52,922 bases of DNA from Candidatus Poseidoniaceae archaeon (GCA_030750665.1 JASMHR010000003.1:1-52922), one strand, 5' to 3'; counted from the stretch's first letter, positions 1-8,827 are shown. Numbers and translations: made by a program. Notes: generated from the sequence alone by a model not told the origin.

Positions 1-1
1 A

Positions 2-526
2 ACCATAGGAAGAGCATCCAGAAATGTTCGTGGGCGAGTCATTCTGTATGCGGATAGTATCAGCGCCTCTATGAGGGCAGCCATCGAACAGACGCTAGAT
101 AGACGTGAGAAACAGATATCTCACAACCTCGAGCATGGGATTGAACCGAAGACGATTTCGAAGCCAATGCCGACAATGGGTGCTGATTTTGAGGATCTGA
201 TCAGTGGAACAGCTGGAAGTGGTAGTAAAGGAGGCCGTCGTTTGGTTTCTTCCAAGGGCGGTAGAGTGGATGATGGCATGGCTCATGGATTGGAAATGGG
301 GGCTGGTTCCTGGGCATCTTCCGATGATGTGTTGAGCAGAATTTCTCAACCTTCTTCAATAAATGATTTTCCAATTGAAGAATCTGAAATGCAATTGGAA
401 TCCAATGAGGCAATAAAACTCTTGAAAAAACTCAAGAATTCAATGGAAGAAGCGGCGAGAATGCTTGATTTTGAAAAGGCAGCTGCATTAAGGGACCGAA
501 TATTCGAACTAGAGTCGCAAATCTGA
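2..526 (+). CDS. uvrB: Excinuclease ABC subunit B, C-terminal part (5' truncated by window)
   Basis: Frame open from base 2 reads [20 protein letters not shown] (UvrB helicase motif VI region). Ends in a UVR coiled coil, [20 protein letters not shown]. Confidence 0.93.
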   Translation, partial: TIGRASRNVRGRVILYADSISASMRAAIEQTLDRREKQISHNLEHGIEPKTISKPMPTMGADFEDLISGTAGSGSKGGRRLVSSKGGRVDDGMAHGLEMGAGSWASSDDVLSRISQPSSINDFPIEESEMQLESNEAIKLLKKLKNSMEEAARMLDFEKAAALRDRIFELESQI

Positions 527-578
527 ATCTTCTCTGCACCGGAAGGATTCATGCCGGATGGCAGATTGGCGAGGCCAT

Positions 579-1580
579 ATGGCACTCGACCCAGAGTCTT
601 TTGATGAGCCGGTGGTTGACTATGATTTCACAACTGTTGGTAGCAGCAGTCCGCTGATTGACCAGATGGCCAAAGCAGGTGGATTCACTGCTACGAAATT
701 GGCAGTGGCCCGTGATCTTCTACAGATGATGCGAAATCAGATTGAAGCGGCGGAGCACGATTCCTCGAAGGTGCTGAATTGGCTTTCATTTCCAGCCTGT
801 CTGTGTGCAACTGGAACACGCGGATTTTTTGTTGAAGCGCTTAGGAGTCGAATGTTCAACGTGGTATCAACCACATGTGGAACACTCGACCATGATATTG
901 CAAGAGCCTATGAGCACTACTATCATGGAGCCTTCGAATTGGATGATATTGAACTTGGAAAAGTTGGTTTGATGCGTTTAGGGAATGTTGTGGTGCCAAA
1001 CTCTTCCTATGGCGAGATCATCGAGGCAATGGTCATGCCCGTACTTGAACAGATACGTGAGGATAGAATTGCAGAGACCGGGAAGTCGGGGGCCGAACTG
1101 TGGTTGGGTTTTGGCAGCGTACAACTGGTTTGGGAATTGGGGAGGCGTATTGGTACACCAGATACTCTCATTCACTGGGCTGCCGAGAATGAGATACCAG
1201 TCGTTATTCCAGGGATTACCGATGGTAGTATTGGTGCGCAATTATTCTTATTCAGACAGAAGTATCGAGATTTCCATATTGACACTTTGGCCGACGAACA
1301 GATACTGTCTGATATGGCATGGGAAGTCGAAACCTCGAATGCGATGATGATTGGCGGAGGAATTTCCAAACATCATGTGATTTGGTGGAATCAATATCGT
1401 GGAGGCTTAGATTCTGCAGTTTATCTGACCACCGCACCAGAATATGATGGAAGTCTTTCCGGGGCCCGCCCTCGTGAAGCAATCTCTTGGGGCAAGGTTC
1501 GTCCCGAGGCCCCTCATGTCTGCGTTGAAGGTGAAGCCAGCGTCTTGCTTCCATTACTTGGTGCAGACCTATTCACTTGA
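579..1580 (+). CDS. dys: Deoxyhypusine synthase
   Basis: Motifs GGFTA, PGITDGSIG, IGGGISKHH and YDGSLSGARPREAISWGKV with the catalytic Lys. Start chosen at ATG 579; the ORF track starts at 558. Confidence 0.93.
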   Translation: MALDPESFDEPVVDYDFTTVGSSSPLIDQMAKAGGFTATKLAVARDLLQMMRNQIEAAEHDSSKVLNWLSFPACLCATGTRGFFVEALRSRMFNVVSTTCGTLDHDIARAYEHYYHGAFELDDIELGKVGLMRLGNVVVPNSSYGEIIEAMVMPVLEQIREDRIAETGKSGAELWLGFGSVQLVWELGRRIGTPDTLIHWAAENEIPVVIPGITDGSIGAQLFLFRQKYRDFHIDTLADEQILSDMAWEVETSNAMMIGGGISKHHVIWWNQYRGGLDSAVYLTTAPEYDGSLSGARPREAISWGKVRPEAPHVCVEGEASVLLPLLGADLFT

Positions 1581-2009
1581 ATCGGGTTCATCGGGAAATA
1601 CTTCGATCTCTCGGACCTTTCGAACCATATCTGTGAAGCTGCTATGGAATTTTGATGCTTTGACAGTGTGATTGTCGATCCAATGGTAGTTCCCTCCTCT
1701 TGGTTTCCCGAATAATATGGAATGATACTTGAAACCGTTCTTCTTCAACCATTCTTCAGTCACTTCTCTATGGCTTTCAGTCCTGCTCGTAAAGAAAGTA
1801 ATCACATGTCCCTCATCGTACCAGTTGTTTATCGTCTCTACCGCACCCTCAAAGACTTCAGCATCTACCATTCGCGATGGTTCTTCATTGGGGATGTCTT
1901 CACAGATGGTTCCGTCTATATCTATCATGAAATTTTTACAATCAGTGGCCAATTTCGGACTGATGCTTTTCCCCTCTCCATCTGCGGTCTGTATCAGTTC
2001 CACCATCAT
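1569..2009 (-). CDS. Small capless HAD-superfamily phosphatase
   Basis: HAD motif I FMIDIDGTIC, motif II FFTSR, and GKPRGGNYHWIDN. Overlaps the 3' end of dys convergently. Confidence 0.75.
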   Translation of the reverse strand: MMVELIQTADGEGKSISPKLATDCKNFMIDIDGTICEDIPNEEPSRMVDAEVFEGAVETINNWYDEGHVITFFTSRTESHREVTEEWLKKNGFKYHSILFGKPRGGNYHWIDNHTVKASKFHSSFTDMVRKVREIEVFPDEPDSSE

Positions 2010-2029
2010 CTGACCTTCAGCAATGGAGG

Positions 2030-2869
2030 TTATTCAATAATGCCCGGATTCCTCTCCAATTTATTGGCAATCCATTCCATCATGGTGACCTCAAGTCCAT
2101 GTACAGGCCTCCAACCATCTTCACTTCCAGATGCCTTCAATGCATCATGTAGACGAGAAAGATCTGGTCTTTGTCCGCTTGGAGCCTTGTTCTCAGATTC
2201 TGAGAAGGACGTCTTCTTCACCAAATCATCGATTTCGAGGTCATTCCTCAGGACTTTCAGGCTTCTGTTCAGCAGTGCTTGGAATTGTTGTTTTGTCTCT
2301 CCTCCAGAAATAGTTCTTCTCCCACAGATTGACAACCAAGGGGGTAGGGTTTCATTGCCGAGTGTTAAGATGGCTACTGCCTCAATCACATCTCTCCACG
2401 AAACCCAATGGTATTCATCACCAATATCTTTGACTTCTGTTCCCGGGAGAATAGTGCCATCATACCATTGCTTGAACGGATTTGAACTCCAATTTTCGTC
2501 AGCATCTGGATGTATCATGTCATGAATCTCGATGAGACAGGTTTCTTCGGTATCTGCAGAATCATCAACCAATGCGTGCGAAGGTTGAATCAGCATTTTT
2601 CTATTTGAGATAGAATCAGTGATTTTTCCTGCTAATACAGAGCCGCATGAGTTAGAGAATACCACCAACGGTCCAGTTTCATTGAATGGATCACCACCAA
2701 TCAAACCTCCAGTCGAATGTTGCAATAATGCTGGCATCAGTCTATTGATTTCCTCAGCAGCGGAATTTGAAACAATGACCTTACAACCAAGATGAAGCAG
2801 TCTAGCCACTAATTCCCTGCCTAGTGGAGAAAGGCTTCCATGTATCCCGACACGTGAAACACAAGTCAA
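2030..2869 (-). CDS. Degenerate NAD(P)-dependent epimerase/SDR-like protein
   Basis: Eroded Rossmann start VGIHGSLSPLGRELVARLL, plus HWVSWRDVIEA and GWRPVHGLE resembling extended SDR C-termini. TTG start preceded by a GAGGTG RBS. Confidence 0.5.
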   Translation of the reverse strand: MTCVSRVGIHGSLSPLGRELVARLLHLGCKVIVSNSAAEEINRLMPALLQHSTGGLIGGDPFNETGPLVVFSNSCGSVLAGKITDSISNRKMLIQPSHALVDDSADTEETCLIEIHDMIHPDADENWSSNPFKQWYDGTILPGTEVKDIGDEYHWVSWRDVIEAVAILTLGNETLPPWLSICGRRTISGGETKQQFQALLNRSLKVLRNDLEIDDLVKKTSFSESENKAPSGQRPDLSRLHDALKASGSEDGWRPVHGLEVTMMEWIANKLERNPGIIE

Positions 2870-2878
2870 CGTTTCACC

Positions 2879-4258
2879 TCACACTATTTGAGAGGATTGC
2901 AGACTTTTCGCTGCGGTTTCGAAGATGTTCAGTGCCTCGTCGATTTCATCGCTGTTTATCGTCAGACTAGGTCTGAGCCTGATACTGGTATAACCACTGT
3001 TCAACACATGTGCTCCACCGTCATAGATGGCGCTTCTCAAGGAATTCCGAGAATTGATGTCTGGAAGCGTGAATGCAGCCATCAAACCTTGTCCTCTTAC
3101 ATTGGAAATCATCTCAAAGGAGTCTCCGAGTTCGCATAGACCGGCCATCAACTCTTCACCTCGTCGTGCAGCGTTGGCAACCAGTCCATCTCGTTCAATG
3201 ATATCCAGTTGCATGGCACAGCGGACCATGTCAATGAGATTACCGCCGAAGGTCGAATTGATTCGACTACTGGTTTGGAACGGATTATCTTCAAATTCCT
3301 TGACACTGTCTTTTGCCATCACCCCACCAATCTGCATCTTCTTGCCAAAGGCGAGAATATCTGGTTCTGCCCCAGTATGCTGATAGGCCCACATCTTACC
3401 TGTTGCTCCGACACCTGTTTGGACTTCATCAACGATGAATAGAGCACCTATTTCCTTACAGGTGTCTGAAAGCCTCTTCATGTATTCTGGACGAAAATGA
3501 TTGTCACCACCCTCTCCTTGTATTGGTTCGATGATGATGCTGGCGATTGAATCGGGGTCTTCGGCAGCTGCGGAACGGATGCCTTCGATACTCCTGTTTT
3601 CTGCTTCATCTAGTCTGACTTCTTCTTCAGAATCAATTGGAAACCTGACCGAAGGGTTATGGAAACGAGGCCAATCAAACTTGGAGTAACTCTTGGTCTT
3701 GGTAGGGTCGGTATTGGTCACTGACATGGTGTATCCACTTCGACCATGGAACGCCTCTCTGAAATGGCCAATTTTCACCTTGTTCGATTCTCTCATATCA
3801 GCTGACCAGCAGAAATCGCCCCCTTCATGAGGAGTGCTCGTATCGACAAGGCCTTTGGAAAGACGATCATTCATTTTCCAATCCATTGAGATTTTCATTG
3901 AGTTTTCAACAGCCAATGCTCCCCCGGCAACCATGAACAGGTTGTCCATTTCATCCGGCATTGCGATAGAGCAGATAGTATTGACAGATTCAGCCATTTC
4001 AACCGTATAGAGATCAGAATTTGCCACATTGTTCACTGCAATACGTCCCAATTCAGCTTCAGCAGATTTCATGTCGGGGTGGTTCCAACCAACCGCAAGA
4101 CTGGCAAAACAGGTGAAGAAATCCATCACGTCTCGACCACTTCTAGAATCGTGAAATCGATTACCTTGGGATTTGTCAAGGTCGATGACGAAATCAAAAC
4201 CATCGACCAACATGTGTCGAGCGAGCGAGGAGTGGACATCGGAGGGAGTGATTGCCAT
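2879..4258 (-). CDS. lat: L-lysine 6-transaminase (class III PLP aminotransferase)
   Basis: RHMLVDGFDFVIDLDKSQG, AFHGRSGYTMS, IEPIQGEGGDNHFR, DEVQTG, FGKK (PLP Lys) and SRINSTFGGNL are LAT-type signatures. Confidence 0.88.
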   Translation of the reverse strand: MAITPSDVHSSLARHMLVDGFDFVIDLDKSQGNRFHDSRSGRDVMDFFTCFASLAVGWNHPDMKSAEAELGRIAVNNVANSDLYTVEMAESVNTICSIAMPDEMDNLFMVAGGALAVENSMKISMDWKMNDRLSKGLVDTSTPHEGGDFCWSADMRESNKVKIGHFREAFHGRSGYTMSVTNTDPTKTKSYSKFDWPRFHNPSVRFPIDSEEEVRLDEAENRSIEGIRSAAAEDPDSIASIIIEPIQGEGGDNHFRPEYMKRLSDTCKEIGALFIVDEVQTGVGATGKMWAYQHTGAEPDILAFGKKMQIGGVMAKDSVKEFEDNPFQTSSRINSTFGGNLIDMVRCAMQLDIIERDGLVANAARRGEELMAGLCELGDSFEMISNVRGQGLMAAFTLPDINSRNSLRSAIYDGGAHVLNSGYTSIRLRPSLTINSDEIDEALNIFETAAKSLQSSQIV

Positions 4259-4322
4259 GATTCACGCCACAATTGCAGGTTCAAGATGATGACGGTCTAG
4301 ATAATTCCCAAGAATATTGTGA

Positions 4323-5081
4323 TCAAGGGGCACGAGGCTCAATTTCTGGCAGATCCTGTAAATGGTCGATGAGCCAGTTCTCTACTTCATCAATATCGCT
4401 GGAGAACTTCAACAATTCCAGATCTTCTGCACCGATCATTCCTTCATCTCTCAACATTTCCCAATCCACCATGCGTCTCCAATATTCTTCATTCCACAAG
4501 ATGATAGGCAGTTGTTTTGAAATCTTACCGGTTTGGATTAGAGTCAATACTTCAAACAATTCATCCAGAGTACCAAATCCACCAGGAAATACGAGTATTG
4601 CTTTCGCAGGGTAGATGAACCAGAATTTGCGCATGGCGAAATACTTGAATTGTATTCCAAGGCCTTCTGTAATCCATTCATTCAATGAAGGTTCAAACGG
4701 CAATTCTATTCCAAGTCCGATATTATCAGCCTCAGCATCTGCTGCTCCAAAATTGGACGCCGCCATGATTCCTGGTCCGCCGCCGGTGCAGACATGGAAT
4801 CTCTGACTTCCATCTTCTCTTGCCCCCCCCCCCTCCTTGGGAGAGGTTGTAGCCCATGTGCTGAGACGTTTGGCGATTTCTCTGGCCGCTTCAGCATCTG
4901 CGTGTTTCAGGTCGGTTCGTGCTGATCCGAAGAAGACTACTGTATCTCTTATCCCTCTGTCAAACAGAATGCTCTGGGGGGCAAGGAATTCAGTCATGAT
5001 TCGAATCGCTCTTGCATCCCTTCCGCCCATCCATTCAGGGTCATTCCATGGCGGGCGCGGGTCTTCTTGTAGGCGGCGCAT
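4323..5081 (-). CDS. LOG family (Rossmann-fold nucleotide phosphoribohydrolase) protein
   Basis: VFFGSAR, TGGGPGIM, FKYFAMRK and PGGFGTLDELFE. Start chosen at ATG 5081. Confidence 0.88.
   Translation of the reverse strand: MRRLQEDPRPPWNDPEWMGGRDARAIRIMTEFLAPQSILFDRGIRDTVVFFGSARTDLKHADAEAAREIAKRLSTWATTSPKEGGGAREDGSQRFHVCTGGGPGIMAASNFGAADAEADNIGLGIELPFEPSLNEWITEGLGIQFKYFAMRKFWFIYPAKAILVFPGGFGTLDELFEVLTLIQTGKISKQLPIILWNEEYWRRMVDWEMLRDEGMIGAEDLELLKFSSDIDEVENWLIDHLQDLPEIEPRAP
4823..4833 (-). repeat. G11 homopolymer inside the LOG gene
   Basis: Eleven consecutive C on the + strand, encoding E-G-G-G-A on the - strand. Confidence 0.85.
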
Positions 5082-5162
5082 GAGTTTCCGAGATACTTCC
5101 TGTGCAATCAATGTCTGCATTGTTGGAAATACGGATAATCCACAAATAATAACCATCATTCT

Positions 5163-5470
5163 TTCCAATTAAAAAATCTGTTTTTCAATTGAGATAATGG
5201 AATATCAATGATGGCGGATAACATTTCAAATATTCACTGGGATTATTCAAAATAGCAATTGAAATAGACTACAGTGTCAATGATAGCGTTGGAGGATAAT
5301 CTTGAATTATTGTTGATTCCAATTGAAACACGTATTATGAGACCTCTGAGTTATTCAGTTGAAAGTTAGATTATGCGCCCTTTGAATTTGATTCCTATTA
5401 GTTAGTTTTTGTATTGGATTTCGCTTTTTTATAACCAACACTCTAATTGGATACTCAAGCCAGTATGTTG
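5163..5470. other. AT-rich intergenic region with mini-ORB-like repeats (candidate replication origin)
   Basis: TTCCAATTAAAA 5163, TTTCAATTGAGA 5183, TAGCAATTGAAA 5253, TTCCAATTGAAA 5317, ATTCAGTTGAAA 5353. T-rich tract at 5401-5434. Flanking genes are divergent. Confidence 0.45.
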
Positions 5471-5544
5471 GAGATAGTTTATATCCCTCTTCAATACAGC
5501 GAATTCCGAGCCAAAGGTGGTTCGAGAAAAAAGGATGGGAAAAT

Positions 5545-6135
5545 ATGACGAAGGGAGAACACTCGATTCAGGACCTTCTCGATAGAGAGGTTTTCGTGAA
5601 TCAAACGAAAGTTGGAGTGATTGTTGGTGAAAGACACCACCCGAATGAGGCGCGCGTACAATCAATGCGTATCAGGGTGGATCCAGGAATTGCTGAAGAA
5701 TATATGCGGAAGCCAGCCGAACTGGCACCTCTACCCAAGGAACTGGTGCACAGCATCAGGGCCGATGGTGGAGTGAAGCTGAGTAAGTCGATGCGCGAAC
5801 TCCAGAGGAGATGGAGAAACACAGTGCGAATTGATGAGAAACTGTATGCACCCGATGAGATGATTGACAGAGCATTGTTGGATAACCAGGGAATGGAGAT
5901 TGGAGTAATCACAGAACTGGTGAAGGTCAAGCGAACGTACCGTGGAGTGAATGTCAAGGTCCGCTCGGGCATCCAGAGACAATATGGCGTTGAATCAACA
6001 ATCAGTGTACCAATCACAGCAATTTACCGAACTAGAGAGAGGTTGGATGAAGTAGTGCTTTCAAGGACTTTTGAAAAGACTTTGATGTTGCCTTCATACA
6101 TTCAGATCAATGATCCAGCATTCGGTGAAGAGTGA
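5545..6135 (+). CDS. Tandem PRC-barrel domain protein
   Basis: Two copies of the PRC pattern: LLDREVFVNQTKVGVI...LPKELVHSI..GVKL and MIDRALLDNQGMEIGVI...VPITAIYR..EVVL. Confidence 0.65.
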   Translation: MTKGEHSIQDLLDREVFVNQTKVGVIVGERHHPNEARVQSMRIRVDPGIAEEYMRKPAELAPLPKELVHSIRADGGVKLSKSMRELQRRWRNTVRIDEKLYAPDEMIDRALLDNQGMEIGVITELVKVKRTYRGVNVKVRSGIQRQYGVESTISVPITAIYRTRERLDEVVLSRTFEKTLMLPSYIQINDPAFGEE

Positions 6136-6249
6136 TACTGGGGCCTGAATTCAAAGGCTGTAATTATAGCAGCTGTAGGTCCGCTTTGTGACCTCTCGTA
6201 GGAAGACCGTCACGGTTATGACTGTGTGCAGGGTCGCCGCAACGCCTAT

Positions 6250-6324
6250 GGGCGGGTAGCTTAGATTGGTTGGAGCACCCGGCTGATAACCGGGAGGTCG
6301 CAGGTTCAAATCCTGCCTCGCCCA
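6250..6324 (+). tRNA. tRNA-Ile (GAT)
   Basis: Acceptor GGGCGGG/CTCGCCC, anticodon arm CCCGG-CTGATAA-CCGGG, T arm GCAGG-TTCAAAT-CCTGC. CCA not encoded. Confidence 0.96.
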
Positions 6325-6409
6325 CTCCCCTTTTGTTGGATTTTTCCAAATGATTCTTTTTGCAAAGAACCTTCAAGCCTAAGCCCACCGGCTCCCATGA
6401 GGAAAGAGT

Positions 6410-7339
6410 ATGCCAGTGGTCTCAGGCTCCAGTGCCAGAGGACTTGCAGAGGATCTCGCTCGGCAGTTGGACTGGCATCATATTCAGATGGAATCCCGAA
6501 GATTTCCTGATGGTGAGGGATACGTCAGAGTTCCTGAAGATTCAATATCCTCGGTACGTGAACAAGATGTGGTTGTGGTTTCCAATACCTTCCCCGATTC
6601 AGGTATTGTTGAAACTCTACTTATGCTTGAAGCGATTTCTGATGTTCGAGCAGGTAGACTTGCAAGTCTCAAGGGCGGTATGGACAGCCAGGACGATGTT
6701 GGAGCGGGATTGTATCTGGCGATACCATACTTCGGATATTCCAGGCAGGATAAGAGATTCCAGAGAGGTGAAGCGATTTCTGCTCAGGCACTAGGGCGGA
6801 TATTTGCCGGTCATTGTGATGGGATGGTGGTTCTGGATCTTCATGCCCCAGTTGCTTTGGAGGGTTTGCCGGTGCCTGTGAAATTTGTTTCAGCAATGCC
6901 TGAAGTCGCAGAATATCTCAGTGAGAACGTCAAACCTGATTTTATTCTCAGCCCCGATAAAGGGGCAATAGAGCGAGCATCTTCAGTCGCTGAGGCTATT
7001 GGCTGTCGGTTCTCATATCTTGAGAAGGTTAGAATTGATGCACATACGATAGTTCATCAACCCAAGGATTTGGATGTAGATGATTCCATCGTCGCCATCA
7101 TCGATGATATGATATCCACGGGAGGGACCATCTGCAAGGCCAGTGAAGCTCTACATTCTCAGGGTGCCACCGAGGTGCATGCCGCTTGCACACATGGATT
7201 GTTTACCGATGGGGCAATCTCGCGATTGGATCAACATGTGGATGGAGTTCATGCTACCAATTCATTGTCAAATCCAAGGTCTTCCATCTCTGGAGGAAAG
7301 GCACTTGCTAGAGGTGTTCGTGAACTCCTCGAAAATTGA
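6410..7339 (+). CDS. prs: Ribose-phosphate pyrophosphokinase
   Basis: RRFPDGEGYVR, IPYFGYSRQDK, SPDKGA, IIDDMISTGGT and CTHGLF. Confidence 0.95.
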   Translation: MPVVSGSSARGLAEDLARQLDWHHIQMESRRFPDGEGYVRVPEDSISSVREQDVVVVSNTFPDSGIVETLLMLEAISDVRAGRLASLKGGMDSQDDVGAGLYLAIPYFGYSRQDKRFQRGEAISAQALGRIFAGHCDGMVVLDLHAPVALEGLPVPVKFVSAMPEVAEYLSENVKPDFILSPDKGAIERASSVAEAIGCRFSYLEKVRIDAHTIVHQPKDLDVDDSIVAIIDDMISTGGTICKASEALHSQGATEVHAACTHGLFTDGAISRLDQHVDGVHATNSLSNPRSSISGGKALARGVRELLEN

Positions 7340-7441
7340 TACGAGTTCCGATTATTGAGAAAACCAATGGACTGGGTAGATTCGCTATCCTGCTACGTCT
7401 CCGTTGGTTTTAAACCCGCGATGCTTTGCGCAACGCTGCCT

Positions 7442-7475
7442 TACATGAGGAAATGGAGAGATTCCAATGAGTGTA
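7442..7475 (+). promoter_or_regulatory. Kink-turn over the rpl7ae RBS and start codon (putative L7Ae autoregulatory site)
   Basis: C helix TACAT/GTGTA, 3-nt bulge GAG, tandem GA/GA pairs, NC helix TGGA/TCCA. Includes ATG 7467. TATA-like TTTTAAAC at 7408-7415. Confidence 0.7.
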
Positions 7476-7841
7476 CACGTACGATTTGAAACACCCCAAG
7501 ACTTGGCTGACAAAGTTTACGAGTTAGTTCAGACAGTGGGTAAAAGCGGAGCCATAAAGAAAGGAAGCAACGAGGTCACCAAGGCTGCTGAGCGAGGAAA
7601 TGCCAAATTCATCGTTCTCGCAGAAGATGTCAATCCACCAGAGTTGTTGGCTCATATCCCAATGATTTGTGATGAGAAGAATATTCACTATGGATACGTT
7701 CCCAGTCAAGAATTCTTGGCCAAGGAAGCTGGAATGCCAAAGGGTGTGAAAACCGCTTCTCTTGCTTTGATGGAAATCAGCAAAGCAGCTCAGGAGAATT
7801 ACAACGAAATCATTGAGCAGATCAGCGACATCAAAGAATGA
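7467..7841 (+). CDS. rpl7ae: 50S ribosomal protein L7Ae
   Basis: IKKGSNEVTKAAERG and LAEDVNPPELLAHIP. First gene of the conserved operon. Confidence 0.96.
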   Translation: MSVHVRFETPQDLADKVYELVQTVGKSGAIKKGSNEVTKAAERGNAKFIVLAEDVNPPELLAHIPMICDEKNIHYGYVPSQEFLAKEAGMPKGVKTASLALMEISKAAQENYNEIIEQISDIKE

Positions 7842-7867
7842 GGAACATTCTGTAGGGGTAGGTCGAG

Positions 7868-8092
7868 ATGAGCGAAGAACTCAACGGATGGCCCGCAGAG
7901 GTGGTCGAAGTTGTCGGTCGTACCGGAATGACTGGTGAGGCCACTCAGGTCAAAGTGCGTGTTAATGATGCTCCGAATCCAAGGGATATTGGCCGAATCA
8001 TCACAAGAAACGTAGTTGGACCAATTCGTGTAGGAGATATTCTGATGCTCAAGGATACTGGCCGTGAAGCTCGAAAACTCAACGTGAGGTGA
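7868..8092 (+). CDS. rps28e: 30S ribosomal protein S28e
   Basis: [23 protein letters not shown] and [13 protein letters not shown]. Confidence 0.97.
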   Translation: MSEELNGWPAEVVEVVGRTGMTGEATQVKVRVNDAPNPRDIGRIITRNVVGPIRVGDILMLKDTGREARKLNVR

Positions 8093-8096
8093 GATT

Positions 8097-8288
8097 TTGC
8101 CAGAGCGAAGAATCTGTAGTTTCAGTGGTGAGGAGATTGAACCGGGTACCGGTTTGATGTTTATCAAGAAAGATGGAACTGTTATGTGGTTCAAGAACAG
8201 CAAGGCTCGAAAGAACGCTCTGAAATTGAAGCGCAATCCACGCAGGGTCAAGTGGACACGCCATTTCGTTCGTGGCGGAATCCAGTGA
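8097..8288 (+). CDS. rpl24e: 50S ribosomal protein L24e
   Basis: CSFSGEEIEPGTG...KRNPRRVKWT. TTG start with a GAGGTG RBS; operon position fits. Confidence 0.95.
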   Translation: MPERRICSFSGEEIEPGTGLMFIKKDGTVMWFKNSKARKNALKLKRNPRRVKWTRHFVRGGIQ

Positions 8289-8377
8289 ATCTGTTTAATC
8301 AATAGATAGATTTCTTCGATTACTGGTGTCCGTCGACTTCATGAAGGGCTTTCCGGTCGCCGGCTTTGGTGAGTGCC

Positions 8378-8827
8378 GTGGAGACAACGTATGTGATGGT
8401 GAAACCTGATGGTGTGCAAAGGGGTTTGGTCGGTGAGATAATCGGTCGTTTTGAACGCAAAGGCTTGAAGTTGGTTGGATTGAAGAGTATGGTGCCAAGC
8501 GAAGATCTCGCTCGTGCTCATTATGATGTTCACAAGGAGAGGCCTTTCTTTTCAGGATTGATTAAATTCATCACAAGTGGACCAGTGGTCTGTATGGCTT
8601 GGCATGGCGTGGAAGCGATCAAGGTTGCACGTACATTGATTGGAGCAACAAATGGTCGCGATGCCTCCCCTGGTACCATTAGAGGGGATTTTGGTATGGA
8701 CATGGGTTACAATATGATTCATGGTAGTGATGCTCCAGAAACTGCTGAATTTGAATTGGGACTATGGTTCCCTGAAGGAACCATGGAATGGTCATTGGAC
8801 CATGTGAAGTGGGTCTATGAATCATGA
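8378..8827 (+). CDS. ndk: Nucleoside diphosphate kinase
   Basis: [22 protein letters not shown] and NMIHGSD. GTG start inferred. Confidence 0.96.
   Translation: METTYVMVKPDGVQRGLVGEIIGRFERKGLKLVGLKSMVPSEDLARAHYDVHKERPFFSGLIKFITSGPVVCMAWHGVEAIKVARTLIGATNGRDASPGTIRGDFGMDMGYNMIHGSDAPETAEFELGLWFPEGTMEWSLDHVKWVYES

Noticed and set aside
1722-2525. 267-aa plus-strand ORF
   Set aside because: Antisense shadow of two minus-strand genes, with no recognisable motifs.
5082-5168. N-terminal extension of the LOG ORF
   Set aside because: Depends on an alternative start running into the AT-rich non-coding region. ATG 5081 gives a typical LOG N-terminus.
5253-5365. Degenerate CRISPR array (repeats ending ATTGAAA[C/G])
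   Set aside because: Only about 9 bp are shared, spacing is irregular (64 and 36 bp), there is no full-length repeat and no cas gene. An ORB-like reading fits better.
6250-6410. Integration at tRNA-Ile
   Set aside because: Followed directly by housekeeping prs and ribosomal genes.
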